64,000 nucleotides of DNA from an uncultured Bacilli bacterium. Its GTDB lineage: Bacteria > Bacillota_I > Bacilli_A > RF39 > UBA660. The DNA lies in assembly GCA_934149515.1 (NCBI GenBank), contig CAKPFD010000002.1, positions 5,777 to 69,776 of the forward strand. The letters run 5' to 3'. The notes under the pieces are model-generated. The model was not told the origin of the DNA and searched no databases. It saw only the letters and a program-made list of their open reading frames with translations. Shown here one piece after another: positions 18,195 to 28,929 of this stretch (position 1 is its first letter; the number at the start of each line of letters is the position of its first letter). A program made the translations under genes and the position numbers.

Positions 18195-18934
18195 AATCTT
18201 TTTATCTAACAGACGCAGGAAAAGTAAGAGATCATAATGAAGATAGTGTATTAATTATCCGTAATAAAAAAAATGAAACCTTAATGGCAATTGCCGATGG
18301 AATGGGAGGACATTCAGCAGGAGAAGTTGCTTCATCCATTGCCATTAGTTATCTAGGAAGACATTTTCAAAAGACCTTTTTAGACATGAGCAAAGTCGAA
18401 GCCATCAATTGGTTACGAGATAGTGTCAATGAAATCAACCAGTTAATTTTTGCACATGAAAAAGAACATCCAGAAAGCAAAGGAATGGGAACCACTTTAG
18501 TAACAGCTATCGTGACACCAAAATATATTCTCTTTGGAAATATTGGTGATTCCTCTGGATTTGTAATGAAAAATGGCCATCTCCATAAAGTAACTTATGA
18601 CCATACCTTAGTCAACTTATTAGTATCAGCAGGAGAACTAACCAAAGAAGAAGCAAAAGATCATCCAAAGAAAAACGTATTGATGAAAGCACTAGGAGCA
18701 AATGATCCGATCGATATTGATATTTTCGATTGTGATATGGAAATTGATGGTATCTTATTATCAAGTGATGGACTTACCAATATGTTAGAAGAAGAACAAA
18801 TTGAAAAAGTACTTATACAAGAATTAGACATCGAAGACAAAGTCATCAGATTGATTAGAAAAGCCAATAACCGTGGCGGCACTGATAATATTTCAGTTGC
18901 TTATTTAGAATTGAAAGAAGAAGGTGACAAATAA
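18191..18934 (+). CDS. prpC: PP2C Ser/Thr phosphatase
   Basis: NEDS...ADGMGGH...SDGL...GGTDNIS PP2C motifs. Overlaps the rlmN stop. Confidence 0.9.
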   Translation: MKSFYLTDAGKVRDHNEDSVLIIRNKKNETLMAIADGMGGHSAGEVASSIAISYLGRHFQKTFLDMSKVEAINWLRDSVNEINQLIFAHEKEHPESKGMGTTLVTAIVTPKYILFGNIGDSSGFVMKNGHLHKVTYDHTLVNLLVSAGELTKEEAKDHPKKNVLMKALGANDPIDIDIFDCDMEIDGILLSSDGLTNMLEEEQIEKVLIQELDIEDKVIRLIRKANNRGGTDNISVAYLELKEEGDK

Positions 18935-20726
18935 AGTGATAACAAAGGGGCAAAAAATAAATGATCGTTATGAAATTATCCGTACGATAGGCGAAGGTGG
19001 TATGGCGAATGTATATTTAGGTTATGATACGATACTAGATAGAAACGTTGCAATTAAAGTCTTACGAGGCGATTTATCAACAGATGAGAAATTTGTTCGT
19101 CGTTTTCAACGGGAAGCACTATCAGCATCTAGTCTATCTCATCCTAATATTGTAGCAATGTATGATGTTGGAGAAGATGATGGCTTATATTATATTGTCA
19201 TGGAATATGTAGAAGGACAAACCTTAAAACAACTCCTAAAAAAACGTGGTAGCCTAACCTTGAGTGAAGCAATTGATATCATGCTACAACTAACGGATGG
19301 GATGGCACATGCCCATGATAGTTACATTATTCATCGAGATTTAAAACCCCAAAATATTATGATTCAAGACGATGGGCAGATCAAAATTACTGATTTTGGA
19401 ATTGCCATGGCTCTAAATTCGACACAGTTGACACAAACAAATTCTGTCATGGGATCAGTTCATTACTTACCACCAGAACAAGCAGCCGGCAAAGGCTCTA
19501 CGATTAAAAGTGATATCTATTCTATGGGTATTATCTTTTATGAATTGTTAACTGGTTCCTTACCATTTAAAGGAGAAAGTGCCGTAGAAATAGCATTAAA
19601 GCAAATGAAAGATCCACTACCAGATGTCCATGTTCTAAATAAAGATATTCCCCAAAGTATTGAAAACATTATCTTGAAAGCAACAGCAAAAAATCCGAAA
19701 AACCGTTATAACGATGTCAAAGAAATGCACAATGACTTGTTGACCGCATTAAATGACGATCGAATGAATGAAGAACCATATGTCTATCCATATCCAGAAC
19801 ATGAAGTGGATGATACCACCAAAGTCATGAAAACATTACCGACAACAGATGAAGCAATTGCAACACCAATTGTGGATGATGGCGTTAAGAAAACAAATAA
19901 ATGGGTGAAAATCCTTGCCATAGCTGCTTCTGCTATCATTGTTATTTGTACGATTATTTTCTTCATCATTCCAACAATTTCTGGTGCACCAGATGTCAAG
20001 GTACCAAACGTATCTGGTCTAGATGTCACAGAAGCTGAAGAAATTCTAAAGAAAAAAGGCTTTGAAATTGCTGCAAAAATTGAAGATATGGCAAGTGATA
20101 AAGTCGAAGAAGGCTTAATTGTGAAAACCGACCCAGAAGCAGGAAGAAGCATCAAAAAAGGAACGACAATCACACTATATCGATCTAGTGGAGAAGAAAG
20201 TATCGAACTAGAAGATTATACCGGTAAAAATTATATCGAAATTCAAACACTACTAGAAAATGTCAACGGCTTAAAAGTATCCATTGAGAAAAAAGATGTG
20301 GATACAACTAAAGAATATGATGAACAAGAAATCGTTGGGCAATCTCTACCAAAAGGTAGTAAAGTCAAAAAAGGAGATAGCATAACCTTATATATTCCAA
20401 ATATCACAGAAGTATATCCAAACATGCAAGAGGAAGGCTGGAGCAAAGAAGATGCCCAAGCATTTGCAGATAAATATAACTTAAACATCACCTTCAAAGA
20501 AGAAGAAACAACAGCTTATGAAGAAGGAAAAGTCATTCGTCAATCACGAGCAGCAGGATCACCAGTGGTTAATGGTGCGATCATTACAGTTACCATTGCA
20601 AAAGCACCAGCACCAACACCATCACAAGATACGACAACTGATAAAGACAAAACGACTGATAATAAACAAACACCAGAAACAGAAAACAAAGATACAACAA
20701 CCAAAGACGATAAAAAAACCAATTAA
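18924..20726 (+). CDS. prkC: Ser/Thr protein kinase with PASTA repeats
   Basis: Hanks kinase motifs (HRDLKPQN, DFG), a TM helix, three PASTA-like repeats and a T/D/K-rich tail. GTG 18936 is an alternative start. Confidence 0.9.
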   Translation: MTNKVITKGQKINDRYEIIRTIGEGGMANVYLGYDTILDRNVAIKVLRGDLSTDEKFVRRFQREALSASSLSHPNIVAMYDVGEDDGLYYIVMEYVEGQTLKQLLKKRGSLTLSEAIDIMLQLTDGMAHAHDSYIIHRDLKPQNIMIQDDGQIKITDFGIAMALNSTQLTQTNSVMGSVHYLPPEQAAGKGSTIKSDIYSMGIIFYELLTGSLPFKGESAVEIALKQMKDPLPDVHVLNKDIPQSIENIILKATAKNPKNRYNDVKEMHNDLLTALNDDRMNEEPYVYPYPEHEVDDTTKVMKTLPTTDEAIATPIVDDGVKKTNKWVKILAIAASAIIVICTIIFFIIPTISGAPDVKVPNVSGLDVTEAEEILKKKGFEIAAKIEDMASDKVEEGLIVKTDPEAGRSIKKGTTITLYRSSGEESIELEDYTGKNYIEIQTLLENVNGLKVSIEKKDVDTTKEYDEQEIVGQSLPKGSKVKKGDSITLYIPNITEVYPNMQEEGWSKEDAQAFADKYNLNITFKEEETTAYEEGKVIRQSRAAGSPVVNGAIITVTIAKAPAPTPSQDTTTDKDKTTDNKQTPETENKDTTTKDDKKTN

Positions 20727-20735
20727 GGGGGTACT

Positions 20736-21569
20736 ATGAGAGGACAGATCATTAAAATACGCAGTAATATTCACGAAGTAGAAAGTAACCATCAAATTTA
20801 TAACCTGATACCACGTGGCCATTTTCGCAAAGATAAAATCTTGCCAAGAGTCGGGGATGAAGTAGAGTTTGATGAACAAAAACAAGTTATTGAAAAAATA
20901 CTACCTCGTAAAAATGAATTTGATCGTCCTCTTGTCAGTAACATCGATCAAGCCTTTATTGTAACATCTTTAAAAGAACCCGATCTATCACTTAGCTTGT
21001 TAGATCGTTTCTTAATCATGATGGAATTACACCACGTAACAAGTATTATCTGTCTTAGTAAAAAAGATTTATTAACCACAAAAGAACAAGAAGACATCAA
21101 ACCATTTATTGCGTATTATAAAAGTATAGGGTACTTAGTAGTATATAACGATGAACTAGATACCATCAAACAACAACTAAAAGGCAAAACAAGTGTCTTT
21201 GTTGGGCAAAGTGGTGCTGGAAAATCAACCCTTTTAAATCATCTGGATAGTTCCTTTCACCTTGCAACCGGCGAAATATCAAAAGCTCTAGGGCGGGGAA
21301 GACATACCACAAGAAATGTAGAACTCTATCCTTTCTTAGATGGTAAAGTACTAGATACACCGGGTTTTTCTGCCCTTACATTCCAAAACTCAAAAGGAAA
21401 CTTAAAAGAAGCTTTCGTAGAATTTCAAAACTATCCATGTCCATTCAAAGATTGTTCTCATACCAATGAAAAAGAATGTGCAGTGAAACAAGCCGTGGCG
21501 CAAAACAAAATTCTAGAAAGCCGCTATCAAAGTTACCTAAAATTTTTAAAGGAGATGAAATCATGCTAA
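20736..21569 (+). CDS. rsgA: ribosome small subunit-dependent GTPase A
   Basis: GQSGAGKSTLLN P-loop and C-terminal Zn motif C.F.DCSH..E..C. Confidence 0.88.
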   Translation: MRGQIIKIRSNIHEVESNHQIYNLIPRGHFRKDKILPRVGDEVEFDEQKQVIEKILPRKNEFDRPLVSNIDQAFIVTSLKEPDLSLSLLDRFLIMMELHHVTSIICLSKKDLLTTKEQEDIKPFIAYYKSIGYLVVYNDELDTIKQQLKGKTSVFVGQSGAGKSTLLNHLDSSFHLATGEISKALGRGRHTTRNVELYPFLDGKVLDTPGFSALTFQNSKGNLKEAFVEFQNYPCPFKDCSHTNEKECAVKQAVAQNKILESRYQSYLKFLKEMKSC

Positions 21570-22198
21570 TTAGTGCTTCTTTTTTAAGTAGTAAAAAAAT
21601 ACCAACAACCTTAACACTATTAAATCAAACTGATGTTGATATGATTCATGTCGATGTCATGGATGGGAAATACGTTCCTAGCAAAACTTTACCATATCAT
21701 CAAATGAAACATATAGAAGACTATACAACCAAACGCTTAGATGTTCATCTTATGGTAGAAAAACCATCTCATTATATCGATGATTATGCCAATTTAAATA
21801 CCGAATATATTACCGTTCCTTTAAATAGCAGTGAGAAATTACTAGATAATTTACAACAAATCAAAAGTTATGCTATCAAAACCGGTGTATTTTTAAACCC
21901 TGAAACAAAAATAGAAGAAGTCGTTCCATACTTACCATATCTTGATCTAATCTTAATTATGGGCGTACAACCAGGTGCTGGAGGACAAGAATTTTTACCA
22001 GCTACCATAAAAAAACTACAAGAATTAAAACAATGCTTGAAAACCTATCCTAATTTTTCAATTAAAATCAGTGTCGATGGTGGAGTAAATGATAAAACAG
22101 CTCCTAAAATGAAAAATTTAACCGATATTTTAGTAAGTGGTAGCTACATTACCAATAGTGATGATTATCAAGAAAAAATAACTACACTTCGAAAGTAG
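21563..22198 (+). CDS. rpe: ribulose-phosphate 3-epimerase
   Basis: HVDVMDGKYVP and GVQPGAGGQEF motifs. ATG 21563 follows GGAG and overlaps the rsgA end. Confidence 0.8.
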   Translation: MLISASFLSSKKIPTTLTLLNQTDVDMIHVDVMDGKYVPSKTLPYHQMKHIEDYTTKRLDVHLMVEKPSHYIDDYANLNTEYITVPLNSSEKLLDNLQQIKSYAIKTGVFLNPETKIEEVVPYLPYLDLILIMGVQPGAGGQEFLPATIKKLQELKQCLKTYPNFSIKISVDGGVNDKTAPKMKNLTDILVSGSYITNSDDYQEKITTLRK

Positions 22199-22211
22199 AA
22201 AGAAGGACAAA

Positions 22212-22850
22212 ATGAAAGAAGAAAAGCCAACTTCCACACCCTTAGAACCACCAAAAGTAGTAGAAAACCAACAAGTAAAACCTATTGAACAAGAGAAAGA
22301 AAATAAGAAAACTATGCCTAATTATTTAGTATTGGTCATTCTTGCCATCTTATTTTTATTTGTTTTATTCCTACCAAATATCACAAACTGGATAAAGACC
22401 TATCAAGCAAACAAAAACGATACAAAAGTAACAAAAACAAGTGGCGTATTATCTTGCTATTTTGTGAAAGAAAATAAAACTTTAAAATACGATATTAGCA
22501 TGGACTTTACTTATGTGAATGAAAAATTAAAACAAACAACGCAAACAACTACGTACACACTTGTGGATCCCAAAAATCAAGCCATGATGAAAGAAAAACA
22601 ACAAGCTTGTAATCATCTAGCTACTATATTAGCTAATGTGGAAGGAATTACTTTCTCTTGTGATCAACAAGAAAATACCCAAATCACTACACAAAAGGTA
22701 AACTATCAAACCTTAAATCCAACCAAAATAACAGAAAACATTGCAGAACTAGATGGTTTTTATATCGAATATGAACTAGATGATGCCATCAAACCAATCA
22801 AAGAAAGCATGAAAAAAGCAGGGTATACCTGCGTAACAAAAGAAAAATAA
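22212..22850 (+). CDS. hypothetical membrane-anchored protein
   Basis: 212 aa with a single TM helix after a polar N-terminus. No family recognised. Confidence 0.5.
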   Translation: MKEEKPTSTPLEPPKVVENQQVKPIEQEKENKKTMPNYLVLVILAILFLFVLFLPNITNWIKTYQANKNDTKVTKTSGVLSCYFVKENKTLKYDISMDFTYVNEKLKQTTQTTTYTLVDPKNQAMMKEKQQACNHLATILANVEGITFSCDQQENTQITTQKVNYQTLNPTKITENIAELDGFYIEYELDDAIKPIKESMKKAGYTCVTKEK

Positions 22851-22892
22851 GGAGCCAAAACAATGGTCTTCTTTTTCTAACAGGAGGCAAAT

Positions 22893-25046
22893 ATGATAGC
22901 AGGTGTATTAGTAGAAATAACCAATAAAAGTGTAGATCGAATCTTTGATTATCAAGTTCCTTACGAACTTCAAGATAAAATCAAAATAGGAGCAAGAGTA
23001 TTAGTACCATTTGCGACAAGAACCCTAGAAGGCTTTGTTCTAGAAGTAAAACAAACATCCACTACAACTAACTTAAAAAAAGTCAAAACCTTAATCGATG
23101 AAACACCCATCTTAAACCAAGAATTACTAGCACTTGGTACATATATGGCAAAAGACACCTTATCTTCTTTAATGAGTTGTTATCAAGTAATGTTACCAAA
23201 AGCCTTAAAAGCAAAAGCTAATACGACCATTAAGAAAAAATATATAAAAGTCTACACTTACCATCCACTTTTTTGTCAACTAACCAAAAGTCAGCAAGAA
23301 ATTATTGATCGCTTTCAAGAGAAAAACCAACAGACAAGACTTGAATTAAAAGATATTTCTCAAGCAAGATTAAATACCTTAGTCAAAAAAGGCTTGTTAG
23401 AAGAAAGTGAAAAAGAAGTATATCGCTTAGAACAACAAGAAGAACAGCAAGTAACAACAACCTTAACAGCTGATCAAGAAAAAGCCGTACAAACCATTCA
23501 AAACACCACTAAGACCACTACTTTACTACACGGAGTAACAGGAAGTGGCAAAACAGAAGTTTATATGGCTTTAATTCAACAAGCTTTACAAGAAAATAAA
23601 CAAAGTATCATGTTAGTGCCAGAAATATCACTAACGCCTCAACTCATCAAACGTTTTAAACAACACTTCGGTACTCAAATTGCCTTATTACATAGTGGCT
23701 TATCAGATGGAGAAAAATATGATGAATGGCGTAAAATTAAGAATCACCAAGCAAAGATCGTCATTGGTGCCAGAAGTGCCGTTTTTGCTCCTCTTACTGA
23801 AATTGGTTATATCATTTTAGATGAAGAACATAGTAGTTCCTATAAACAAGATGCTACTCCAAGATATGATACCAAACAAGTTGCATTGTTTAGAGCAAAT
23901 TATCACCACGCCAAATTAATTTTAGGAAGTGCCACACCAACACTAGAAAGTTATGCTAGAGCCTTAAAAGGTGTTTACCAACTAGTTACTTTAGATAAAA
24001 GAATTAATCAAAAACCTTTACCAGAAGTCAAGATTATCGATATGAATCAAGAAATCAAAACTACCATCGGAAACTTCTCTAAACCATTATTACAAGCCAT
24101 GCAAGAAACCCTCCAACGACAAGAACAAATCATTTTGTTATTAAATCGCCGTGGGTATGCTTCTGTAATGATCTGTCATGAATGTGGCTACGTACAAAAA
24201 TGTCCTAACTGTGATATTACTTTAACCTATCATAAACAAAGTAATTTCTTACGTTGTCATTACTGTGGATATGCCACAACCTTTACTACCACTTGTCCTA
24301 ACTGCCATGAACAAGCCATGCAAGAACTTGGAAGTGGAACAGAAAAGATAGAAGAACAATTACACACCTTATTTCCAGATGTTTCCGTTATCCGAATGGA
24401 TGTGGATACCACCAGTAAAAAAGGAATGCATGAAAAAATGATCAACGATTTTTCAACTGGGAAAGCCAAAATTCTATTAGGAACCCAAATTGTTGCTAAA
24501 GGTCTAGATTTTCAAAATGTAACCTTAGTAGGAATTATCAATGCTGATACTTCCTTAATGTTACCAGACTTTCATAGTAGTGAAATAACCTTTGATCTTT
24601 TATCTCAAGTAGCAGGAAGAGCAGGGCGAGATCAAAAAGAAGGAAAAGTTTACTTACAAACCTATAACAAAGACCATTATGCCATCAAAGCCGTTCAACA
24701 CCACGATTATCAAACCTTCTTTCAACAAGAAATGGCTATTCGAAAAAAAATGAAATACCCACCATATTACTATCTTGCCACCATTCATTTTGCTAGCAAA
24801 GATCAACAATTAGCGAAGTATGAAGCCTTTCGATGCGAAAAACTGTTAAAAAAATATTTAGATAAAACCATTCTTTTAGGACCATCACCAGCGACTATTT
24901 TCAAAAAATATAATACATATCGTTACCAATTAATATTAAAATACAAATACCAAGAAAACTTAAAAGAAGTCTTACAAAAACTAACGGATTATTATAGTTC
25001 TAATCAAAAAGTAAAACTAGAAATAGACTTTTACCCACTACATTAA
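22893..25046 (+). CDS. priA: primosomal protein N' (replication restart helicase)
   Basis: GVTGSGKTEVY Walker A, DEEH box and Cys-rich Zn insertion CHECGY..CPNC...CHYCG...CPNC. Confidence 0.92.
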   Translation: MIAGVLVEITNKSVDRIFDYQVPYELQDKIKIGARVLVPFATRTLEGFVLEVKQTSTTTNLKKVKTLIDETPILNQELLALGTYMAKDTLSSLMSCYQVMLPKALKAKANTTIKKKYIKVYTYHPLFCQLTKSQQEIIDRFQEKNQQTRLELKDISQARLNTLVKKGLLEESEKEVYRLEQQEEQQVTTTLTADQEKAVQTIQNTTKTTTLLHGVTGSGKTEVYMALIQQALQENKQSIMLVPEISLTPQLIKRFKQHFGTQIALLHSGLSDGEKYDEWRKIKNHQAKIVIGARSAVFAPLTEIGYIILDEEHSSSYKQDATPRYDTKQVALFRANYHHAKLILGSATPTLESYARALKGVYQLVTLDKRINQKPLPEVKIIDMNQEIKTTIGNFSKPLLQAMQETLQRQEQIILLLNRRGYASVMICHECGYVQKCPNCDITLTYHKQSNFLRCHYCGYATTFTTTCPNCHEQAMQELGSGTEKIEEQLHTLFPDVSVIRMDVDTTSKKGMHEKMINDFSTGKAKILLGTQIVAKGLDFQNVTLVGIINADTSLMLPDFHSSEITFDLLSQVAGRAGRDQKEGKVYLQTYNKDHYAIKAVQHHDYQTFFQQEMAIRKKMKYPPYYYLATIHFASKDQQLAKYEAFRCEKLLKKYLDKTILLGPSPATIFKKYNTYRYQLILKYKYQENLKEVLQKLTDYYSSNQKVKLEIDFYPLH

Positions 25047-25103
25047 AAAGAAAAACTTATCAAAAAAGACAAAATTAGACATATCTTTATAATAGGTGAT
25101 AAT

Positions 25104-25802
25104 ATGCTATTTCATTTATTTGAAAGTTTAAGAAATCTCTTTACATTTAGTGCATCCTATTCCAATCAAGTATTTAAAGATCCACTAACAGAACAAGAAG
25201 AACAAGAAGCCATTCAACAAATGCAGCAAGGAAACAAAGAAGCAAGAAATAAATTAATCGAACATAACTTACGCCTAGTAGCCCACATCGTTAAAAAATT
25301 TGACTACCATACCATGGACTTTGATGATCTTATCAGTATCGGTACCATCGGATTAATTAAAGGAGTTGATACCTTTACAAGTACCAAAGGAAATCGGCTA
25401 ACTACCTATTGCGCAAAATGCATTCAAAACGAAATTCTGATGTATTTTAGAGCAAATAATAAAAATACCAAAAACATTTCCTTAAATGAACCAGTTGGTT
25501 TTGATAAAGAAGGAAACGAAATTTCAATATTAGATATTTTAAAAACCCCAAAACCAGATTTCATTGAAGAAATAACAAAAAAAGATAACATTACTTTACT
25601 AGGACAATATATGAATTTATTGACACCAAGAGAAAAAGAGATTATTATAAGACGCTATGGCTTAAAAGGAGGTCAAGAACAAACTCAAAAGACAATTGCT
25701 AATCAATTAAATATCTCAAGAAGCTATGTTTCACGTATTGAAAAGCGAGCACTTACCAAAATATTAAGAGAATTTATGAAACATAATCATTATGAAATAT
25801 AA
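25104..25802 (+). CDS. sigK: pro-sigma-K, uninterrupted
   Basis: LIEHNLRLVAHIVKKF, DLISIGTIGLIK and ISRSYVSRIEKRAL are near-identical to B. subtilis SigK. An N-terminal pro-sequence is present. Confidence 0.85.
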   Translation: MLFHLFESLRNLFTFSASYSNQVFKDPLTEQEEQEAIQQMQQGNKEARNKLIEHNLRLVAHIVKKFDYHTMDFDDLISIGTIGLIKGVDTFTSTKGNRLTTYCAKCIQNEILMYFRANNKNTKNISLNEPVGFDKEGNEISILDILKTPKPDFIEEITKKDNITLLGQYMNLLTPREKEIIIRRYGLKGGQEQTQKTIANQLNISRSYVSRIEKRALTKILREFMKHNHYEI

Positions 25803-25859
25803 TCGATAACCTAGACTTTTATCACAGGAATTATTATAATAAATAAAAGGGAGCAAATT

Positions 25860-27281
25860 ATGAGAGCAAGGATTAAAAAAAGAAAATTTGAACATATCAA
25901 GAAAAAAGGGCCAATTATCATTACAGTAATTTGCTTACTATTACTAACGGTCTTTGCTTCTTGCATCTTACTTTTACCACACATCAAACTAAAAGGCTAT
26001 AGTGATATCAAATTAAACATTCACACGATCTATCAAGAACCAGGATATGAAGCTTCTTATCTTGGAAAAAATTTAACCAAACAAGTCACTGTAAAAAATA
26101 CCATTCAAAAAGATAAATTAGGAACTTATAAAGTAATCTATACCCTAAAAAAAGGACCATTTAAAACAACAGCAACTAGAAAAGTAACCATTACCGATTT
26201 AGAAAAACCAAAAATCATTCTAACAGGATCTAAAGAAACTTACGTCTGTCCAAATCAAACCTATCAAGAAGAAGGTTATCTTGCTACAGATAACTATGAT
26301 GGTGATATTACGAAAAAAGTTGTGATAAAGCAAGAAAAAGATAAAATTTATTATGAAGTAAAAGATAAACATAATAATCAAACCAAAGTTATTAGAAACC
26401 TAACATATAAAGACATCACACCACCAGAATTAAACTTACAAGGGGAGGAAGTACAGTTTGTTTTTGTTCAAGAAGCTTATCAAGAACAAGGCTATCTTGC
26501 AAGTGATAATTGCGATGGCGATTTAACAAAACAAGTAACCGTCACAGGACAAGTAGATACCACAACAGTTGGACAATATGAGTTAACTTATGAGATCAAA
26601 GATAAAGAAGGAAACACTACCAAAAAAATAAGAACCGTAAAAGTGATAGAAAAAGCAGCACCTGGTACTATCTATTTGACCTTTGACGATGGACCAAGGC
26701 AAGGAACAACCAACGTTATCTTAGATATTTTAAAAGAAGAAGGAATCAAAGCAACCTTTTTTGTGACCAATAATGGACCAGATGAACTTATCAAGCGGGA
26801 AGCCCAAGAAGGACATAGTATCGGCTTACATACTGCTAGTCATAATTATGCGATCGTTTATGCTTCTGTTGATAGCTATTTTCAAGATTTACAAATTGTC
26901 CATGATAGAGTACAAAGACTAACTGGAATTGATAGTAGAATCATTCGCTTCCCAGGTGGCAGCAGTAATACCATCAGTCGAAAATATCAACAAGGAATCA
27001 TGAGCACCCTAACTACCGAAGTTATTAATCGTGGTTATCAATATTATGACTGGAATTTAAGTAGTGGTGATGCTGGCGAATATACAACAAGTGAAGCCAT
27101 CTATCAAAACGTCATCCACCATTTATCAAAAGATCGTCCTAACATGATTTTAATGCACGACATTAAACCTTATACAAGAGATGCACTAAAACGAATTATT
27201 GAGTATGCCAAAGCAAATAATTACCAATTTGAAGCCATTACAACCAATACCAAAATGGTACGGCAACACGTCAATAATTAA
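25860..27281 (+). CDS. polysaccharide deacetylase (NodB) with two Ig-like repeats
   Basis: TM anchor. Two repeats containing DNYDGDITKKV / DNCDGDLTKQV. NodB motifs YLTFDDGP and HTASH. Confidence 0.8.
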   Translation: MRARIKKRKFEHIKKKGPIIITVICLLLLTVFASCILLLPHIKLKGYSDIKLNIHTIYQEPGYEASYLGKNLTKQVTVKNTIQKDKLGTYKVIYTLKKGPFKTTATRKVTITDLEKPKIILTGSKETYVCPNQTYQEEGYLATDNYDGDITKKVVIKQEKDKIYYEVKDKHNNQTKVIRNLTYKDITPPELNLQGEEVQFVFVQEAYQEQGYLASDNCDGDLTKQVTVTGQVDTTTVGQYELTYEIKDKEGNTTKKIRTVKVIEKAAPGTIYLTFDDGPRQGTTNVILDILKEEGIKATFFVTNNGPDELIKREAQEGHSIGLHTASHNYAIVYASVDSYFQDLQIVHDRVQRLTGIDSRIIRFPGGSSNTISRKYQQGIMSTLTTEVINRGYQYYDWNLSSGDAGEYTTSEAIYQNVIHHLSKDRPNMILMHDIKPYTRDALKRIIEYAKANNYQFEAITTNTKMVRQHVNN

Positions 27282-27291
27282 AGGAGGAAAC

Positions 27292-27810
27292 ATGGCTCGT
27301 TATTTACCAGATTTATACAAAAAAAATATCTTTCAAATTAATTATCAAGCCTTAAAACAACAAAATATTACTTGCTTATTATTTGATTTAGATAACACTA
27401 TCGCTCCAATTAGTAAACAACTACCAGAAAAAGAAACCATAGATCTTATCAATAACCTAAAACAAGACTTTCAAATCATCTTGATATCTAACAGCTTAAA
27501 AAAACGGGTAGAACCATTCGGAAAAGCCTTAGGTATTCCATACTATCCATTTTTTCAAAAGCCCTACAGACATAAAATGAAACGTCTTTTAAAAACCTAT
27601 CAGCTAAACCAAAATCAAATTGCTATCATTGGGGATCAACTCTTAACAGATATACGCCTAGGAAAGAAAATGGACTTTTATACCATCTACGTTGATCCAA
27701 TAGAAAACATCGATTATAAAATTACAAGTATCAATCGCTTCTTAGAACGACACATTATCAATCACTATCAAAAACAACACATATTGGAAAGAGGAAAATA
27801 TGATGAATGA
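27292..27810 (+). CDS. yqeG: YqeG-family HAD phosphatase
   Basis: LLFDLDNTI and GDQLLTD motifs. AGGAGG RBS before ATG 27292. Followed by yqeH, as in Bacillus. Confidence 0.8.
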   Translation: MARYLPDLYKKNIFQINYQALKQQNITCLLFDLDNTIAPISKQLPEKETIDLINNLKQDFQIILISNSLKKRVEPFGKALGIPYYPFFQKPYRHKMKRLLKTYQLNQNQIAIIGDQLLTDIRLGKKMDFYTIYVDPIENIDYKITSINRFLERHIINHYQKQHILERGKYDE

Positions 27811-28807
27811 AGAAAAACACTGCCAAGGTTGTGGTATCAAATTACAAGATGAAAATATGTTACAAGAAGGATATACCGCCAACTTAGAAAACAAACTATG
27901 TCAACGCTGCTTCCGTATAAAAAACTATGGAGACTATCAAGTCGTTACCAAAAGCAACGAAGAATATATCAACATATTAAAAGAAGTCGGAACAAAAAAA
28001 GATCTTGTCTTATACGTTGCTGATTTATTAAATCTAGAAAAAGACATCACCGAAATCAGACAATATCTAAAAAATAAAATGATCTTAGTTCTCAACAAAA
28101 AAGATGTCTTACCAAAATCGGTTTCACAAGAGAAAATCATGCATTATTTTGAAAATATGGAAGTACCATTTGAAAAAATTATCGTTGTAAGCGTTGAAAA
28201 AAATGAAAATATAGATGAACTATTAAAACAAATCAAACTCTATCAAACAAGTAATGAAGTATATGTGGTAGGACATACCAATGCTGGTAAATCAACCCTT
28301 ATCAACAAACTCATCAAAAACTATTCAACCAACACCCAAGAATTAACTATTTCTCCATTACCATCTACCACCCTAAATACCGTAAAAATAGCAATCAACG
28401 ATTACTTAACCCTAATTGATACTCCAGGATTAGTCGATAATACCAGCCTTGTCAACTATGTCGATACAAAAACCCTAAAGAAAATAACACCAAAAAAAGA
28501 AATCAAACCAAAAACTTATCAACTAAAAAAAGGTCAATCACTACTAGTAGAAAACTTACTACGTCTAGATTATCAAGAGGGTGAAAAAAATAGTGTTACC
28601 TTCTTCATCTCCAATGATTTAAAAGTAAAACGAATTGCAGCAAGAAGACAAGATCTAAAAGATCAAACCAAACGAACCTACCAAATGAAATATGAAGAAG
28701 ACTTATGTATTAATGGTCTAGGATTTATCAAAATTGTCAACAAAGGAATATTCGATATTTATCTTGATCAAAATATTGATATCTTCACAAGAAAAAGTTT
28801 AATTTAA
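27800..28807 (+). CDS. yqeH: ribosome biogenesis GTPase YqeH
   Basis: N-terminal Zn finger CQGCG...CQRC and circularly permuted GTPase motifs (NKKD ... GHTNAGKST ... DTPG). Confidence 0.88.
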   Translation: MMNEEKHCQGCGIKLQDENMLQEGYTANLENKLCQRCFRIKNYGDYQVVTKSNEEYINILKEVGTKKDLVLYVADLLNLEKDITEIRQYLKNKMILVLNKKDVLPKSVSQEKIMHYFENMEVPFEKIIVVSVEKNENIDELLKQIKLYQTSNEVYVVGHTNAGKSTLINKLIKNYSTNTQELTISPLPSTTLNTVKIAINDYLTLIDTPGLVDNTSLVNYVDTKTLKKITPKKEIKPKTYQLKKGQSLLVENLLRLDYQEGEKNSVTFFISNDLKVKRIAARRQDLKDQTKRTYQMKYEEDLCINGLGFIKIVNKGIFDIYLDQNIDIFTRKSLI

Positions 28808-28929
28808 GTGTTATAGGAACTCTTTGTTTTACCTTTAAAGGAGTTCCTTTCTTTGCTAAAATCTATCAAATTAAGTTGAAAAAAAGAATAAGAAATGATA
28901 CAGTAAAAGCAATTTAAAGGAGGGATACC

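Noticed and set aside
20518-20885. Alternative-frame ORFs at 20518-20739 (+) and 20622-20885 (-) at the prkC/rsgA junction. Also 42331-42540 (+) and 29717-30010 (+).
   Set aside because: These are out-of-frame overlaps with well-supported genes. They have low-complexity translations and no RBS.
25104-25802. Checked sigK for a skin-like intervening element.
   Set aside because: The ORF is continuous from the pro-sequence to region 4.2. There is no interruption and no recombinase nearby.
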